DNA of 63,779 bases, the filler included, from Nemertoderma westbladi (taxonomy: Eukaryota; Animalia; Xenacoelomorpha): assembly GCA_032718475.1 (NCBI GenBank). It is 3 parts of 3 records of this genome, joined end to end, with 100 filler letters (N's around TTAATTAATTAA, not from the genome) between each part and the next. Parts side by side here need not be neighbours in the genome. Positions count along the whole stretch, not along the records: positions 22,831 to 46,780 come from JAUCBJ010008060.1; 2 more parts are not named here. The stretch is one strand, 5' to 3'. Below the pieces are notes generated by a model. That model had not been told where the DNA came from, ran no database searches, and saw only the letters and a program-made list of their open reading frames with translations. Below are positions 25,563-38,046 of this stretch, piece by piece. The position numbers and the translations under genes were made by a program. Position 1 is the stretch's first letter, and every line of letters starts with the position of its first letter.

Positions 25563-25880
25563 GAACAATCTGGCCAGGCCACCTTCAACCTGTAAGAAAA
25601 GGGAACAATCCGGCCAGGCCACCTTCAACCTGTAAGAAAAGGGAACAATCCGGCCAGGCCACCTTCAACCTGTAAGAAAAGGGAACAATCCGGCCAGGCC
25701 ACCTTCAACCTGTAAGAAAAGGGAACAATCCGGCCAGGCCTTCAACCTGTAAGAAAAGGGAACAATCCGGCCAGGCCACCTTCAACCTGTAAGAAAAGGG
25801 AACAATCCGGCCAGGCCACCTTCAACCTGTAAGAAAAGGGAACAATCCGGCCAGGCCACCTTCAACCTGTAAGAAAAGGG
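25563..25880. repeat. 40-bp tandem repeat, ~8 copies
   Basis: Unit GAACAATCCGGCCAGGCCACCTTCAACCTGTAAGAAAAGG. Confidence 0.95.
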
Positions 25881-27175
25881 TGTCGAACTATCTTCATACC
25901 AAATTTTGTTGCATTTGGTGTAAAATGTTCGTAAATTGCAAAAAAAAATTTTCCCTACGCAATTGGGGGTGGGACATTTTTCTATCTTTTTTCACTTTCC
26001 ATTAATATTTTGACTGAGCAGTTTTTTTTATACTTACTTATATACTTATCGTATATACTTAAACTACTGTATACTTGTTTTTGCATTGTACAACCTGTAT
26101 CTAAATATTCAGTAGGTACCGGCCAGTACAATGCAAAAAAAAGTCACAATGACAAAACACCGTAAGTCTGACAGTTACGTTGTTTTTGCATTGTGTAAAT
26201 TTAATACACTAATTAGGGGGGGGGGGGGGGGGGGGCTTTTTACATTGAATATCTCGAGAACAAAGTAGAGTAGATACGGTGTTCTCAAATATACCATTAG
26301 ATAGAACACATTTTTTCGATCCAGAAAAAGTAGATTTTGGAAAAATGCGACTTAGGGTCTTTTTCCATTGCACGGCAGATGTGATATTCTTTCCATAGTT
26401 ACTGCGATTCCACTTATTGTAGGCCTACTCTTCAACTCTTGATGCTGCCTTAATCAATGTTAAATAATTGAATGTTCTGGAATATTTTATGTATTTAAGT
26501 AGAAACTACATAATCAATATGACCATCCCAATATAACCAACCATCCCTCTCAAGTCCCACCGTGTCCCAACTCAAATCTCCAACTCACCACTCCCTGGAA
26601 CTAAGTACATCCGCTAAACTAAGTTTATTCGTGGATTGATACCAAAATAAGATTCCATTCCGAAATATTTATACTCAGAATTAACTTTTTGTGGTATCGC
26701 TATTATTATTTTGGACATAAATAAACATTAATTATTCCGGCCACAAATTGATTATTACTAATATTACTTGTTTTACAAATGTGTGGACTGGGGCCACAAC
26801 AAAAGTAGTAACCAGTTCAACAGACCGCAGCTCAGTGGCGTTGCAATATTCAATAACAAATAATTTTTTCGTGAATATTCGATTCAAAATAAATTTGCTG
26901 TAAATATTCGCGGCAACTTTAATTGGCTTTGAACTTTTGCGGTGAATTTAAATTAGTGATATTGATCATGTTTGACTAGTTTGTATGTGGAGTTTTTCCC
27001 CCAAGAAAGGAAAACTCTAAATAAACGAACCTTTGGAGAGGAAGTTTCGTTTCAACGTTGTTATTAATAATAGCGTCTGTCACCTACTAATAATGAAAGA
27101 CACATTGATTAATTTATATCCAACAAATCAACCATTGGACACCCAGCCCTTTAATTCTACCAAACCAATAGAAAC

Positions 27176-29173
27176 TCAACGCTTCATTCTCTTCATCAAG
27201 GATTTCCTCAGCGACAACTGTTTCTCGCGGAATGATCTTTTTGTTTTTATTTTCATTTTATTTTTAATCATACCGAATGGCTTTTGTTTGAGTTTTTCCC
27301 GGTTTGTGGTGCTAGCCAAGGGGTTAGCTCGCTTCACACGATATTTATGTTGAGTTTTATCGGTTTTCCCGTCAAGAACCGATTCCATACGTGACGATTT
27401 ATCGTGTTTTCGTTTCTTATAAATATTCTCGATGGAATCCAAAGTTGCCAACTCATCTCCCCAGTGCGCTCCACTATCACTCATCTTCCGTTTACTGCCT
27501 GTCTTACTGAATTTAATTCCTTTTTCTAGCTGATGTCTCTGAATCTTAGAATGATCTTCTTGGGTAAACAAACGATTCACCGAAATACTTTCAGTGTCTT
27601 CCTCTTTCTCATCTTCTCGTGGCTCTTCGTCTTCATCGGAATGACTGACATTAATCCACTCATCATCTTCATCGGATTCCTCATCATCAGTATCGCTGAC
27701 CAACTCTTCTTCTTCTTCATCGACCAGCACTTCCGCCCCAGGGACTCCTGTTTTGGTGTCCTCCTTTCCGAACTGCGGAACTAGAACCTCCACCGAGGCA
27801 GTCGTTGGTCGCCCGCGATCCCGTTTCTTCAGCAGCTGTGGGTAACGCAGTCGGTATAGTTGTAGCAATGAGCGGGCAGCGGCGAGTACAGGTCTGTCCC
27901 GATGGTGTTTGTACTCGACGAGGTCGCTAAGTAACTCTTCGCTCATCGCCAACGGGCACCGCGCGCAGACCTCGCGTACTGCATTCAACCCAACCGCCAT
28001 GACGTCAGCGCTGTTCCGTTCCGTGATGAAGTTATTAGCGATGGTTCGAAGGAGGGGTTCAATCGCGTCTGGTGGTACCAGAGCATGGGAGGCCTGGGCC
28101 GTGAACAGCAGCAGTTTGGTGACTTCCTTGTGACTCGGTTTTAGGTAGCGCTGGATATAAGGGTAAACATTCAACAGGATCAACTCATGCAGTCCAATGA
28201 GTCGGGATATCAGATTCAATATCAACATCTTGATCTCGAACCTCTGATTGGCTGATTCCTGAGTTAATCTGGCAAATAGTCGTTCAGCGAATCCCTGACA
28301 GTCATGAATCAAATGTATAGCGGAGAAGTTAAATAGACATGCCTTCTGTTTCTTTTGTTTTGAAATGTTCTTCAGAGATTTATTGAGTTTTCGCTGTTTT
28401 TTCCGGGTTTTCTTTGTAACTTTGTGGGATACCATCAACTCTTTCAATGTCGGTCCCTCGTTCTCGGATTCACTGTCATCTTCCTCCACATCTTTGCCTA
28501 AGAAGAATTGCAAGGCAGCTACTTGGACTTTGGCGACGCGACTGAAACATGCTTCCACTATTACGTTTACCGTTTTAGTATCGTTCCATATCTGTTTGCG
28601 GTAAAGTTCCACCATAACATCGAGCGACATTTTAGCCGCCTTTACGTCCGAATCTTTTAACATGAGATACATGAAGTTCTGCAGTGATGAGTTCAGTTTC
28701 TGATTCTTACGTTTAGAGTTAACAGATTTTATGTCCATGACGATGTGTTCGTATAAAATCTTTCGGAGAATTTGGTCGCGACAACATAATAATTTAAAAA
28801 ATAACTCGAGAACAGCGGTTGGACTAACAATATCCTTCATTCTCAACATCATTAACGCCTTGCAGAAACAAAGTCGACTTTCCGGAGACATTACTTTTGC
28901 GTGGTTACCTAGAACCTCAAGCAACTGAGTGGAGAAGTTTGATAACTTATCCGGATAGCAATGTGATACATGGGACACAAACATAACGAGTTCTAAGAGG
29001 TCCTTGGAAGGGTTAGCGCAGGATGGGTTGTGATTGAAGACCGCCATTTGTGTTTGAAAATGTCTGTACTGTTGGTGAAACTCATCTTGATAGGATTCAG
29101 GGTCTCGTTTAATTAGGTTTTGTAGTTGTTGAATGTTGTTTGGAAGTTGATTTCCTCGCTTTCGATAAGACAT
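27176..29173 (-). CDS. SDAD1: Protein SDA1 homolog (60S biogenesis/export), intron-free CDS
   Basis: LPNNIQQLQNLIKRDPESY, NFSAIHLIHDCQGFAERLF, IANNFITER, MAVGLNAVREVCARCPLAM, KKRDRGRPT, acidic tract, STTNREK. Confidence 0.97.
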   Translation of the reverse strand: MSYRKRGNQLPNNIQQLQNLIKRDPESYQDEFHQQYRHFQTQMAVFNHNPSCANPSKDLLELVMFVSHVSHCYPDKLSNFSTQLLEVLGNHAKVMSPESRLCFCKALMMLRMKDIVSPTAVLELFFKLLCCRDQILRKILYEHIVMDIKSVNSKRKNQKLNSSLQNFMYLMLKDSDVKAAKMSLDVMVELYRKQIWNDTKTVNVIVEACFSRVAKVQVAALQFFLGKDVEEDDSESENEGPTLKELMVSHKVTKKTRKKQRKLNKSLKNISKQKKQKACLFNFSAIHLIHDCQGFAERLFARLTQESANQRFEIKMLILNLISRLIGLHELILLNVYPYIQRYLKPSHKEVTKLLLFTAQASHALVPPDAIEPLLRTIANNFITERNSADVMAVGLNAVREVCARCPLAMSEELLSDLVEYKHHRDRPVLAAARSLLQLYRLRYPQLLKKRDRGRPTTASVEVLVPQFGKEDTKTGVPGAEVLVDEEEEELVSDTDDEESDEDDEWINVSHSDEDEEPREDEKEEDTESISVNRLFTQEDHSKIQRHQLEKGIKFSKTGSKRKMSDSGAHWGDELATLDSIENIYKKRKHDKSSRMESVLDGKTDKTQHKYRVKRANPLASTTNREKLKQKPFGMIKNKMKIKTKRSFREKQLSLRKSLMKRMKR

Positions 29174-29629
29174 TCTGACAAACCCGGCGATCCTTAACTG
29201 CGTAATGTCTAATTAGTTGAATCTTGAATATATTGCAGTATTGTAGTATTGCCAGATTGCATGCAGAACCGGTAAGTACATGAAGTACCGTATGAAGTAC
29301 AGAAAGGCAGAAGTCAGAAGTAGGGCATGTACGCTCCCATTGAGAGCGGGCGCCACACAGGCGCAGAAAACTCAGAGCGCGGCGCCGTACAGGGGCACAG
29401 GCGCAGAAAATTGATGCGCGGCTCAAACTTGCAAGTCAGTAAGTACTGAAGTAGGCCTACCCCTGGCAGACTGCCGACGACTGGACTACCGGTAACAGGC
29501 AGACAGGGTAATGACAATACAGATAAGAGATAATAAGCCTCCTACTTCAGTACTTGCTGACTTGGCACTTGGCAGCTTGGTGTGCTTAGGCCAGTTGCCA
29601 GTAGGCAGGCAGGTAGGCCTAGGTGGTAG

Positions 29630-29765
29630 GAGATTTCGCGCAGTATTTCTGCTGCTGTGCTGTGCGCGCCAATCTCGCGCAGAATTTCTGCTGCGCGAGC
29701 CAATCTCGCGCAGAATTTCTGCTGCGCGAGCCAATCTCGCGCAGTTTTTCTGCTGCGCACGCGGA
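29630..29765. repeat. GC/CpG-rich 31-bp tandem repeat (~4 copies) upstream of SDA1
   Basis: Unit GCGCAGAATTTCTGCTGCGCGAGCCAATCTC. Confidence 0.8.
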
Positions 29766-31844
29766 TTTTGCACTGTTTTCGACTGCGCAGGCGCACATTT
29801 TTTTCTGCGCCACGTCGCGTTCGGCGCACAAAAAAATCACTTAGCAGAAGGGCCGTTATGCGTTACAATGCCTGAATGCTGCATTGTGCAATGTTTATCA
29901 ACTATAACTGTATAATTCAGTAATTGCAGAATTGCCGGTATCGGTGTGTAGTGACTACATTACATCAGTAGGCCTACAAACAGACTACAGGCAGACAGGA
30001 CTGACACAGTGCCGCAGTGCTGCAGTGATAGGACAACACTGACTACTTTAGTATGTAGTACTTACTGTAGGCCTAGACAAAAGCAGAAATGGACTGCTTA
30101 ATATGGCAGTCTGTAGAATGTAGGCCGCTGTATTCAGGTATTTAATAAGTACAGTACAGTAGCAATAGCAGCGCAGGTCAACCCATAACAATTTCGCAAT
30201 TCATCCTAACCTTTTTTTTTATACTACTGTATATTAACGATTATATATTATATATATATTATATTATATTATTATATTATATATATTATATTATATATAT
30301 ATATATATTATTATATATATTATATTGTATATTAAAATATTATAATGATACCCCAAAAAGTCTATAAAAATATATTATTCGGATCACTTTCAATTTCCTG
30401 TTTCTTTCCTTAGCAACATGGATTTTACATAGCAACAATAAGGCTACTATTGGTGGTGTTATCTCAGAACTTGGCGTAGATAAACTTTAGTCCAATGACT
30501 ATCGATTGACTAAACTTTGCACTATCACATAGTTACCAATTTAGTTTCCGGAGCAACTGAAAATTGTATATAATTTCCTCATTTTTACTACCACCATTTT
30601 GGCTGGTACAAAATTGTAAGCTTATTAACACTTCTTCTCTACAAAACGGGGGTACTGTATGTAACCAATCAGATTTGTCGACCCCAAAAACCCTTATTCC
30701 AAAAAAAATTCCAATCCATATGATAAACTATTGTGATTTTTAAACTAACATTTTACTCATGTACTACAGTACATCGAATATAAGTGAAATTTATTAACAG
30801 GTAGACAGTATTAATTATACAATTAAATCTAATTAAAGTTTATTGGAAGTTATCTCCTGCATGGATTTGATAAATCGTTAATCCATCTTGACTTTTGGTC
30901 GACTGAAGTAAACTGAGTTACCGTCTGTTTACGTTCAGTTTTGCTGAACAATGTCGCCATTTTCTTTGGTCATTTTCTGTTTCTTCTATTAGATGTTTCA
31001 ACATAATGGTTTACAGTACACGGTAAACAATTATTTACATACAGTACAGTACCTAGTCCCGTCACTGCAAACTGGATAATAAAGCAGCACGCATTAATAT
31101 AAATGGAAATAATACATTCTAGAATACGGTAATTGAAGTTGTTTCCATGTCATTGATTAATTTGCAGCGTTCCGTCGTATAGGCCGCTACGCTGCAAAGT
31201 AGTACTTTGTAGCGCTACGAGTAATTAACTAGAACGCTGTTAAGTTGACATAATGTAACAAAATAAATTAATTACACCTTTAACGTAAATAGTGCAATCC
31301 CAATTTTATTATTTGAAAAATCTTCGCTAACATTAAATGATGAATAACTAAATTATTACATTTCCATGGCGTGAAATTATATATATTTTTTCCATCAGTT
31401 ACCTTAATATATCGGTTAATTTTTTATATATTCAAAAATGTGATGCTTCTTCTAGTTACCGAGATATAGCAATTAATGTGTTACACGCCAGTGTAAATAT
31501 TACAGTAGGCCTACTCAGTTCCCATTGAATCACACCTTACTGTATTTTGAAATTAATTAAATTATTCTGGAATATCACCAATTTGCTACTTACTCCTCTC
31601 CACTGTTCCTTTTGTTTGCCTTATGTTATGCAAAGTTGTTGCGCGGAATTTACATGAATAAACATAATGAACCGCTAAATAAAATTTTATAGACTTTCAT
31701 TGGGCATTAACAAGGTACAGTAAATATAGAATACAAAATACAGTATGTGGTTCGGATTGATTGCGAAATACAGTACTTATGATGGGTATTTTCCTAGATT
31801 GACTCGACGAATTATAATATTACAAAGTGACCCGTAATATACTG

Positions 31845-32165
31845 TAGTGTCATTTTCTGATGACACAGACCCCCCCCCCCCCCATGTTTCTACAAATCTT
31901 TATAATTTTGCTTGCAATTTGAAACACAACTTGTTCAACTCACCTTCGTTGTCCCCAAGAAGCCGGAATTTTCTATTTTGCCTTTGTCTTTTGCGAAATC
32001 GCACCCTTCGTTTCGTGGCCTTTCTTCACATAAATCGTAATTTGTTTCATATCATTAGAAAGCTTGCTTTGCAAAGGATTCCAAATATGCAACAATTTCT
32101 GTATTTCGTTGAGAAACAACTGAGATGGGCGTTAAAAGATTGCAAGAATTATCGTTCGCTGTAGG
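31845..32165. mobile_element. Dispersed TIR-element end (poly-C/G family); inverted relative at ~54370-54717
   Basis: TAGTGTCATTTTCTGATGACAC-poly(C)-TTCTACAAATCTT matches the reverse complement of 54640-54715. Confidence 0.6.
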
Positions 32166-32460
32166 CCACTTATTCTATTTGGTTAGGGTGTATATATTTT
32201 AGTATTATTTTGTGGTTACCCTCCTCCCCATTTCCTGTTACATCCCCCGTCGCCCTTTGCAATAACTTTTACTTCCTACCCCTTCCATTCCTGTTACATC
32301 CATCCCCACAGTATTACAAAGAAAAACAGTCTTGCAGTACAGTGTCTTATCGTTTCATTCGTATCAATGATTACTTAAGTGCATTAATTCTAGAACATTC
32401 AGTACAGCGTTTGAATAGCTTTATCCTCAAAAGTAATACCGTATTTATTTTCTATATAAA

Positions 32461-32562
32461 GTAGGCCTACAGTAGGCCTATAGTAGGCCTACAGTAGGCC
32501 TACAGTAGGCCTACAGTAGGTCTACAGTAGGCCTACTGTAGGCCTACAGTAGGCCTGTACAG
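32461..32562. repeat. 11-bp palindromic tandem repeat (GTAGGCCTACA)n
   Basis: About 9 copies visible. Confidence 0.95.
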
Positions 32563-33351
32563 TATTTCAGTACTGTTATGTTATGAGCAACAATTCTTCA
32601 TTATTGTAATAATAGTCTTAAAGTAATTTGCTTTACTTATGCTTATGTACAGTAGAGTACAACTGAGTACACCCCTGTTTTTTTAGCATCCTTTTGTTTG
32701 ATAATTTTAGTAAAGGAAATGCTTTAGAATATTTGAAGGCTATACAATTTTAGAAAATAAAGGTTCTTGAAAAATTATTTTTCGTTCTAGATTTAACATT
32801 AGTAAAAGAAACAGTTATTTCTTCTTTCCTATCTTTTTAATTAAGAGATACAATATTGAGTGTAGATTTAATAAAATATTACGGATCACGGTTTAAAATG
32901 GAAGATTATTATAACTTTCAAAAGGCGCCAATAATTTAAGAGAGTGATTTTATTAAGTGCAGTACAGTATGTAAGCTCAATCCTAAATTCTAAAATTTGT
33001 TAACTTTATTAACAATTTTTTTCCTACATTAGAACATTTCTTGATACTATTGTAGTGGAGCCCGTGTCACCATTATTATGTTTTTTTTTTAATAGCTGTT
33101 TTTACTAATTGATTTATGTTCTGGAACATACAGAAGTAGGCCTATACTTATTACTTATTGTAGTCCTGAACAAGTTTAATTTTTGTGGTAGCTACAGTAG
33201 TTAGCCTACTTTTACATTATAGCTATAAAAGTAATTTTGTATAAATCACGTTATATTACATTTTCTAGTTTTCTAGTATACTATACTACTTGTAGAGTTT
33301 CTTTTTACTAATAAATAATATAAGACAAACATGCCTATTTTCCTACACCAC

Positions 33352-35190
33352 GTCCCAGAATATAGTGTCGTAATTCAGTGACATGCCCCCCCCCCCCAAA
33401 GTTTTCTATAAATGTTAATGAGTTTGCATGAAATTTGAAACAGAGATAGTTTCACCTCCCGACCAATTAGCCTGTTGTGTGAGCCAGCTTTAAAAAAGTG
33501 TCTCCGTCGATATTGCACCAGTTACAACGCAGTTATTCTTCAACCTTATAGTGATTTGTTGGTACTAGTGGAAAGCTGGCCACGCAAGGATTCCAAATAT
33601 ATACAAATATTTGAATTTGGTTGGGAAATAGCTGAGATCTGGGCATTCGAATGTTGCATGTATTTGTTTCCACTGTGGGGCGTTTCTTCTATAATAAGTG
33701 TATAACAGTCTGGAACATTTTGGGCACTACTACAGTATATGTACCCATGACCGGGATATTTTTGTAGTAGCTAGTTTTTGCTACTTTATTATTTTTTAAT
33801 GATCTACAGTATGTCATATTAGCTATAGTTTTGCAAAAAAAAATGTTATAGAACAAATCTTTTTTGTTCTAGAACATTTTTTTAAAAATTTATAATTCCT
33901 AATAATACACCTTAAAATGTTAATCTGTTGCCTTTAAATACTTCAAAATAATATTCTAAAATGTTTTTAAATGTTTACAGTAGTAGGTTCACTTTAACTG
34001 TTTTCATTAAATAAAATGCCACGTCACGAAAACAAAAAGTGCTCTAAAGATCCAAATATTATTGATATTTCCAAAGAATAGTATAAAATAAAAGTATATA
34101 ATTTTGAAAAAACATTTTTATTTTAATAATAGGCCTAGCTAACTTGGAAAATCACTAGCTAGCCTAATAATTTGTATTTAAACAAAAATTTTAACCCTTT
34201 CATGCCGGCACGCGGGCATTGCCCGCGCATAAGTGTTCGGCGGGCGGGCATTGCCCGCGCTATAAATGATTTATTACAGTATACAGTAGGTCTTGCTAAG
34301 GCGCCGGTTTCAACGGGAAAGATAAAGTTAAATAGCCGGGGACAGCTTTGCCTTAAATGCAAGCTATAAATAGAATATTACAAGCTATACTGTAAACTGA
34401 TTGGTCAATTCAACATGCTTTTACAACAGGGAAATGGTTACAATGTACAGTAGATTATAGGCAGAGTATACTGTATGATTACAACTCGCGAATCTTATAA
34501 TTGACCCTTAGAAGAGGTATCTTTATACAGGCGTTTTACTGGTCTTGGGACGTTAGTGCCCGCGAGACATTAGTGCCCGCGGGCACTAATGTCTTCAGTA
34601 CCTTCAGTATCTTCAGTACCAAAAACTAGCTAGAGTAAAATAAATATGGTCATTGGTACACATACTGTAGTAGTGCCTCATTTTGTTTATAAGTATATAA
34701 GTAGCTTAGCAACAATGCAATGCCTACATGATATTACCAGTATATGGATTTTCTTAGTAGTAGTGCATACATAAGCGAAATGTTCTAGAACATTGTGTAT
34801 TTATTAAATAGAATAAACGCCCCGCAGCGGAAGTAAATACATGCAACTTTCGATAGCCCATATCTCAGCTATTTCCCAACCAAATTCAAATATTTTTATA
34901 TATTTGGAATCCTTGCATGGCCATGCCAGCTTTCCACCTGTACCAACAAATCAGGTTGAAGAATAAATGCGTTGTAACTGGTGCATTATCGACGGAGACA
35001 CTTTTTTTTAACACTTGTAGCTCAAGATTGAAAGCAAAAACAAAAATTCTGTCTCACCCAGTAAGTGGTCGGGAGGTGAAACTATCTACGTTTCAAATTT
35101 CATGCAATCTCATTAAGATTTGTAGAAATATTTCGGGGGGGGGGGGGGGGGGGGGTCGTGTCATTGAATTACGACACTATATTCTGGGAC
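33352..35190. mobile_element. ~1.8-kb element bounded by ~350-bp imperfect inverted repeats; a third copy of the arm is at ~55600-56085
   Basis: GTCCCAGAATATAGTGTCGTAATTCA at 33352 versus TGAATTACGACACTATATTCTGGGAC ending at 35190; homology extends inward. Confidence 0.7.
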
Positions 35191-35824
35191 ATAATAAGTT
35201 CAATAATATCTATTTACATACTTGTGTGTAAAGTAGCACTTTACAGTGTGATGATCCGAGTGGCTTTGTTACACGAACGAACGTTAATGAGTGAGTGAAA
35301 ATAAAGCCACGAGGATCAGAACACTGTAAAGTACTTTGCAACAAGTATGTACAGAATGTAGTTTTGTTCCAAAATGTTAACATTACGAAATGATTGTACA
35401 TATATTATAAGTGATAGAAACTGCACAAATTAAATTAGTTGCTGTATAAATAAATATAAAAATGACATAAATTATGTTAATTATGCTGATATTTATGGTG
35501 GCGGTTGGAGCCATGTTAATAATATAGCTACTGGTTATTAATAGCTATACCCCGCCTACCGGTAGGTAATGCAGTAGGCCTATGAGGCTGTCAGGCAAAT
35601 TTCCACCTATTGTTTGCGTGGTAACCAATGACGGCGTTAAGTAATGTCCACTAAGGGGACATTACTTAACGGATAACAACAAATACAATACTAAATGTAC
35701 AGGCCAATACAATGCTGTAATGTCCTCTAAAGTTGTAATGTGCTAAATCACAACTCGCTGTTAATACTAACGGCGTTGAGTAATGTTACAATTTTGGAAT
35801 AATAACTATTTTGTTATTTATTTT

Positions 35825-37110
35825 TCTGTTACCATGGCAACATTGTAAAGTTCTAGAACAAAATATTATTGTTATACACTGTTCTAGAACATAAATAAAA
35901 TATAAAATATAATGTTCCAAAACATATAGCTAGTCATTTTTCAAATATAAAATGGCTAGTAATTTAAAATAAAACTACATTTTTATAACATAAATCATTG
36001 TTACCATGCAAAAAGTGTAAACTGCTATAAAATCATCAATATTTTTGTTCATTAATATATTCTGAATCAGTTTAAACCTGAAATATCAATGTTTTAACAT
36101 TTTTTATAATTACAAGAAGTAGCCTACTGGCTAGTGAAAAAAACACTAGCTACCATAAAAAATAATATCTACTAATGTTGTAGAACACAAAAAATTACAG
36201 TATTTTTTAGAAATTTCAAAAAAATGATTATATACTGTATAATAAATCATGTTTTGAAAACTTCCTACAGTATATAGCTAGTAGTCGATTAGCTAATGTT
36301 CTGGAACACTTTTTTTTTTAATTTTATAATTAAGTCAGTGGTGATATTACTATGCAAAAAGCACATCATTTCATTAATTAATATCAAAATATCAAATGCG
36401 AATGCATACGGACCTCTAGACTTTTTTTAGCCATGATGAATTTTAGGTAACAGTTCCGTATAGCACTACATTTTTTAAACATAAATCAGTGTTATCATGC
36501 CAACATTGTTGAGTTCTAGAACAAAATATAAATATTATACACTATTCTAGAATATAAATATAATTGAAAATATAATATTCTAGAACATATAGCTAGTTAT
36601 TTTTCAAATTTAAAATTGCTAGTAATTAAAAAAAAAATTAATCAAAAAAATTTTGGGGTGCGAAATGCACATGTAAAATTTAGGCAATTAATAATTGACA
36701 GGTACTGAGAAAAATTAGAAAAATATACGACGCCAGAGCTTTGTGTGAGGAGTGCATTAACTATGAAGATAAAGTACATGTGGAGGCAACAGATAAGAAA
36801 AGGAAAAATAAACGGATTCCATGAGATATTAAAGGCCAACAAAAGCCAATACCCAATGGATAAATAAACCAATTACTGTAGTTACATCGGTATACAAAAA
36901 CTCTATTATCAATATTAATTTAAATGTATTCTGAAATTTAATTCAAAATGATTTTTTTTTAATTTACTACTTATTTTACAATTAAAAAAACAACAAGCTA
37001 TATGTTCTAGAACATCATATTTTTTATTTTATTTATGTTCTAGAATAGTATATAATAATTTTATATTGTGCTAGAACTCTTCAATGTAGCCATAGTAACA
37101 ATATGTTCTG
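35825..37110. repeat. AT-rich direct/inverted ~170-bp repeats rich in GTTCTAGAAC (MITE-like)
   Basis: 35825-36000 recurs at 36490-36640 and inverted at 36960-37105. Confidence 0.6.
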
Positions 37111-37175
37111 GAAAATTATCAGTAGCAAAAATATCATTTGATAGTTATAAATAGATACAGTAGATAATGGTGACA

Positions 37176-37977
37176 AGTGCTACACTAGTACCGTGCTACA
37201 GCTACACTAGTCCCGTGCTACACTAGTACCGTGCTACAATAGTACCGTGTTACACTAGTACCGTGCTTCACTTGTACCGTGCTACACTTATACCGTGGTG
37301 CACTAGTACCTTGCTACACTTGTACCATGCTGCACTAGTACCGTGCTACAGTTACACTAGTCCCGTGCTACACTAGTACCGTGCTACAATACAACAGTGT
37401 TACGCTAGTACCGTGCTACACTAGTACCGAACTACACTTGTACCGTGCTACACTAGTACCATGCTACACTAGTACCGTGCTACCTTGGTACCGTGCTACA
37501 CTAGTACCGTGCTACACTAGTACCGTGCTATACTTGTACCCTGCTACACTAGTCCCGTGATACACTCGTACCGTGCTACACTAGTACCTTGCTACACTAG
37601 TAGCGTGTTACACTAGTACCGTGCTGCACTAGTACGGTGCTACTCTAGTACCTTGCTACACTAGTACGGAGCTACAATAGTACCGAACTGCACTAGTACC
37701 TTGCTACACTAGTGCCGGGCTACACTAGTACCGTGCTACACTAGTGCCGTGCCACACAAGTACCGTGCTACACTAGTGCCGTGCTACACTAGTACCGTGC
37801 TACACTAGCACCGTGCTATACTAGTACCGTGCTACACTAGTACCGTGCTACACTAGTGCCGTGCTGCACTAGTACGGTGCTATACTAGAACCGCGCTACA
37901 CTAGTACTGTGCTACACTAGTACCGTGCTACACTAGCACCGTGCTATACTAGTACTGTGCTACACTAGTACCGTGCT
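37176..37977. repeat. 16-bp minisatellite (CTAGTACCGTGCTACA)n, ~50 copies, ending ~70 bp before the Slo ATG
   Basis: Directly visible. Confidence 0.95.
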
Positions 37978-38046
37978 TATGAATGCGTTAGTGTTATACT
38001 ACTTCCATACTAGTTACTTCAGTCATTGTTGTAATATTTTAATTAC

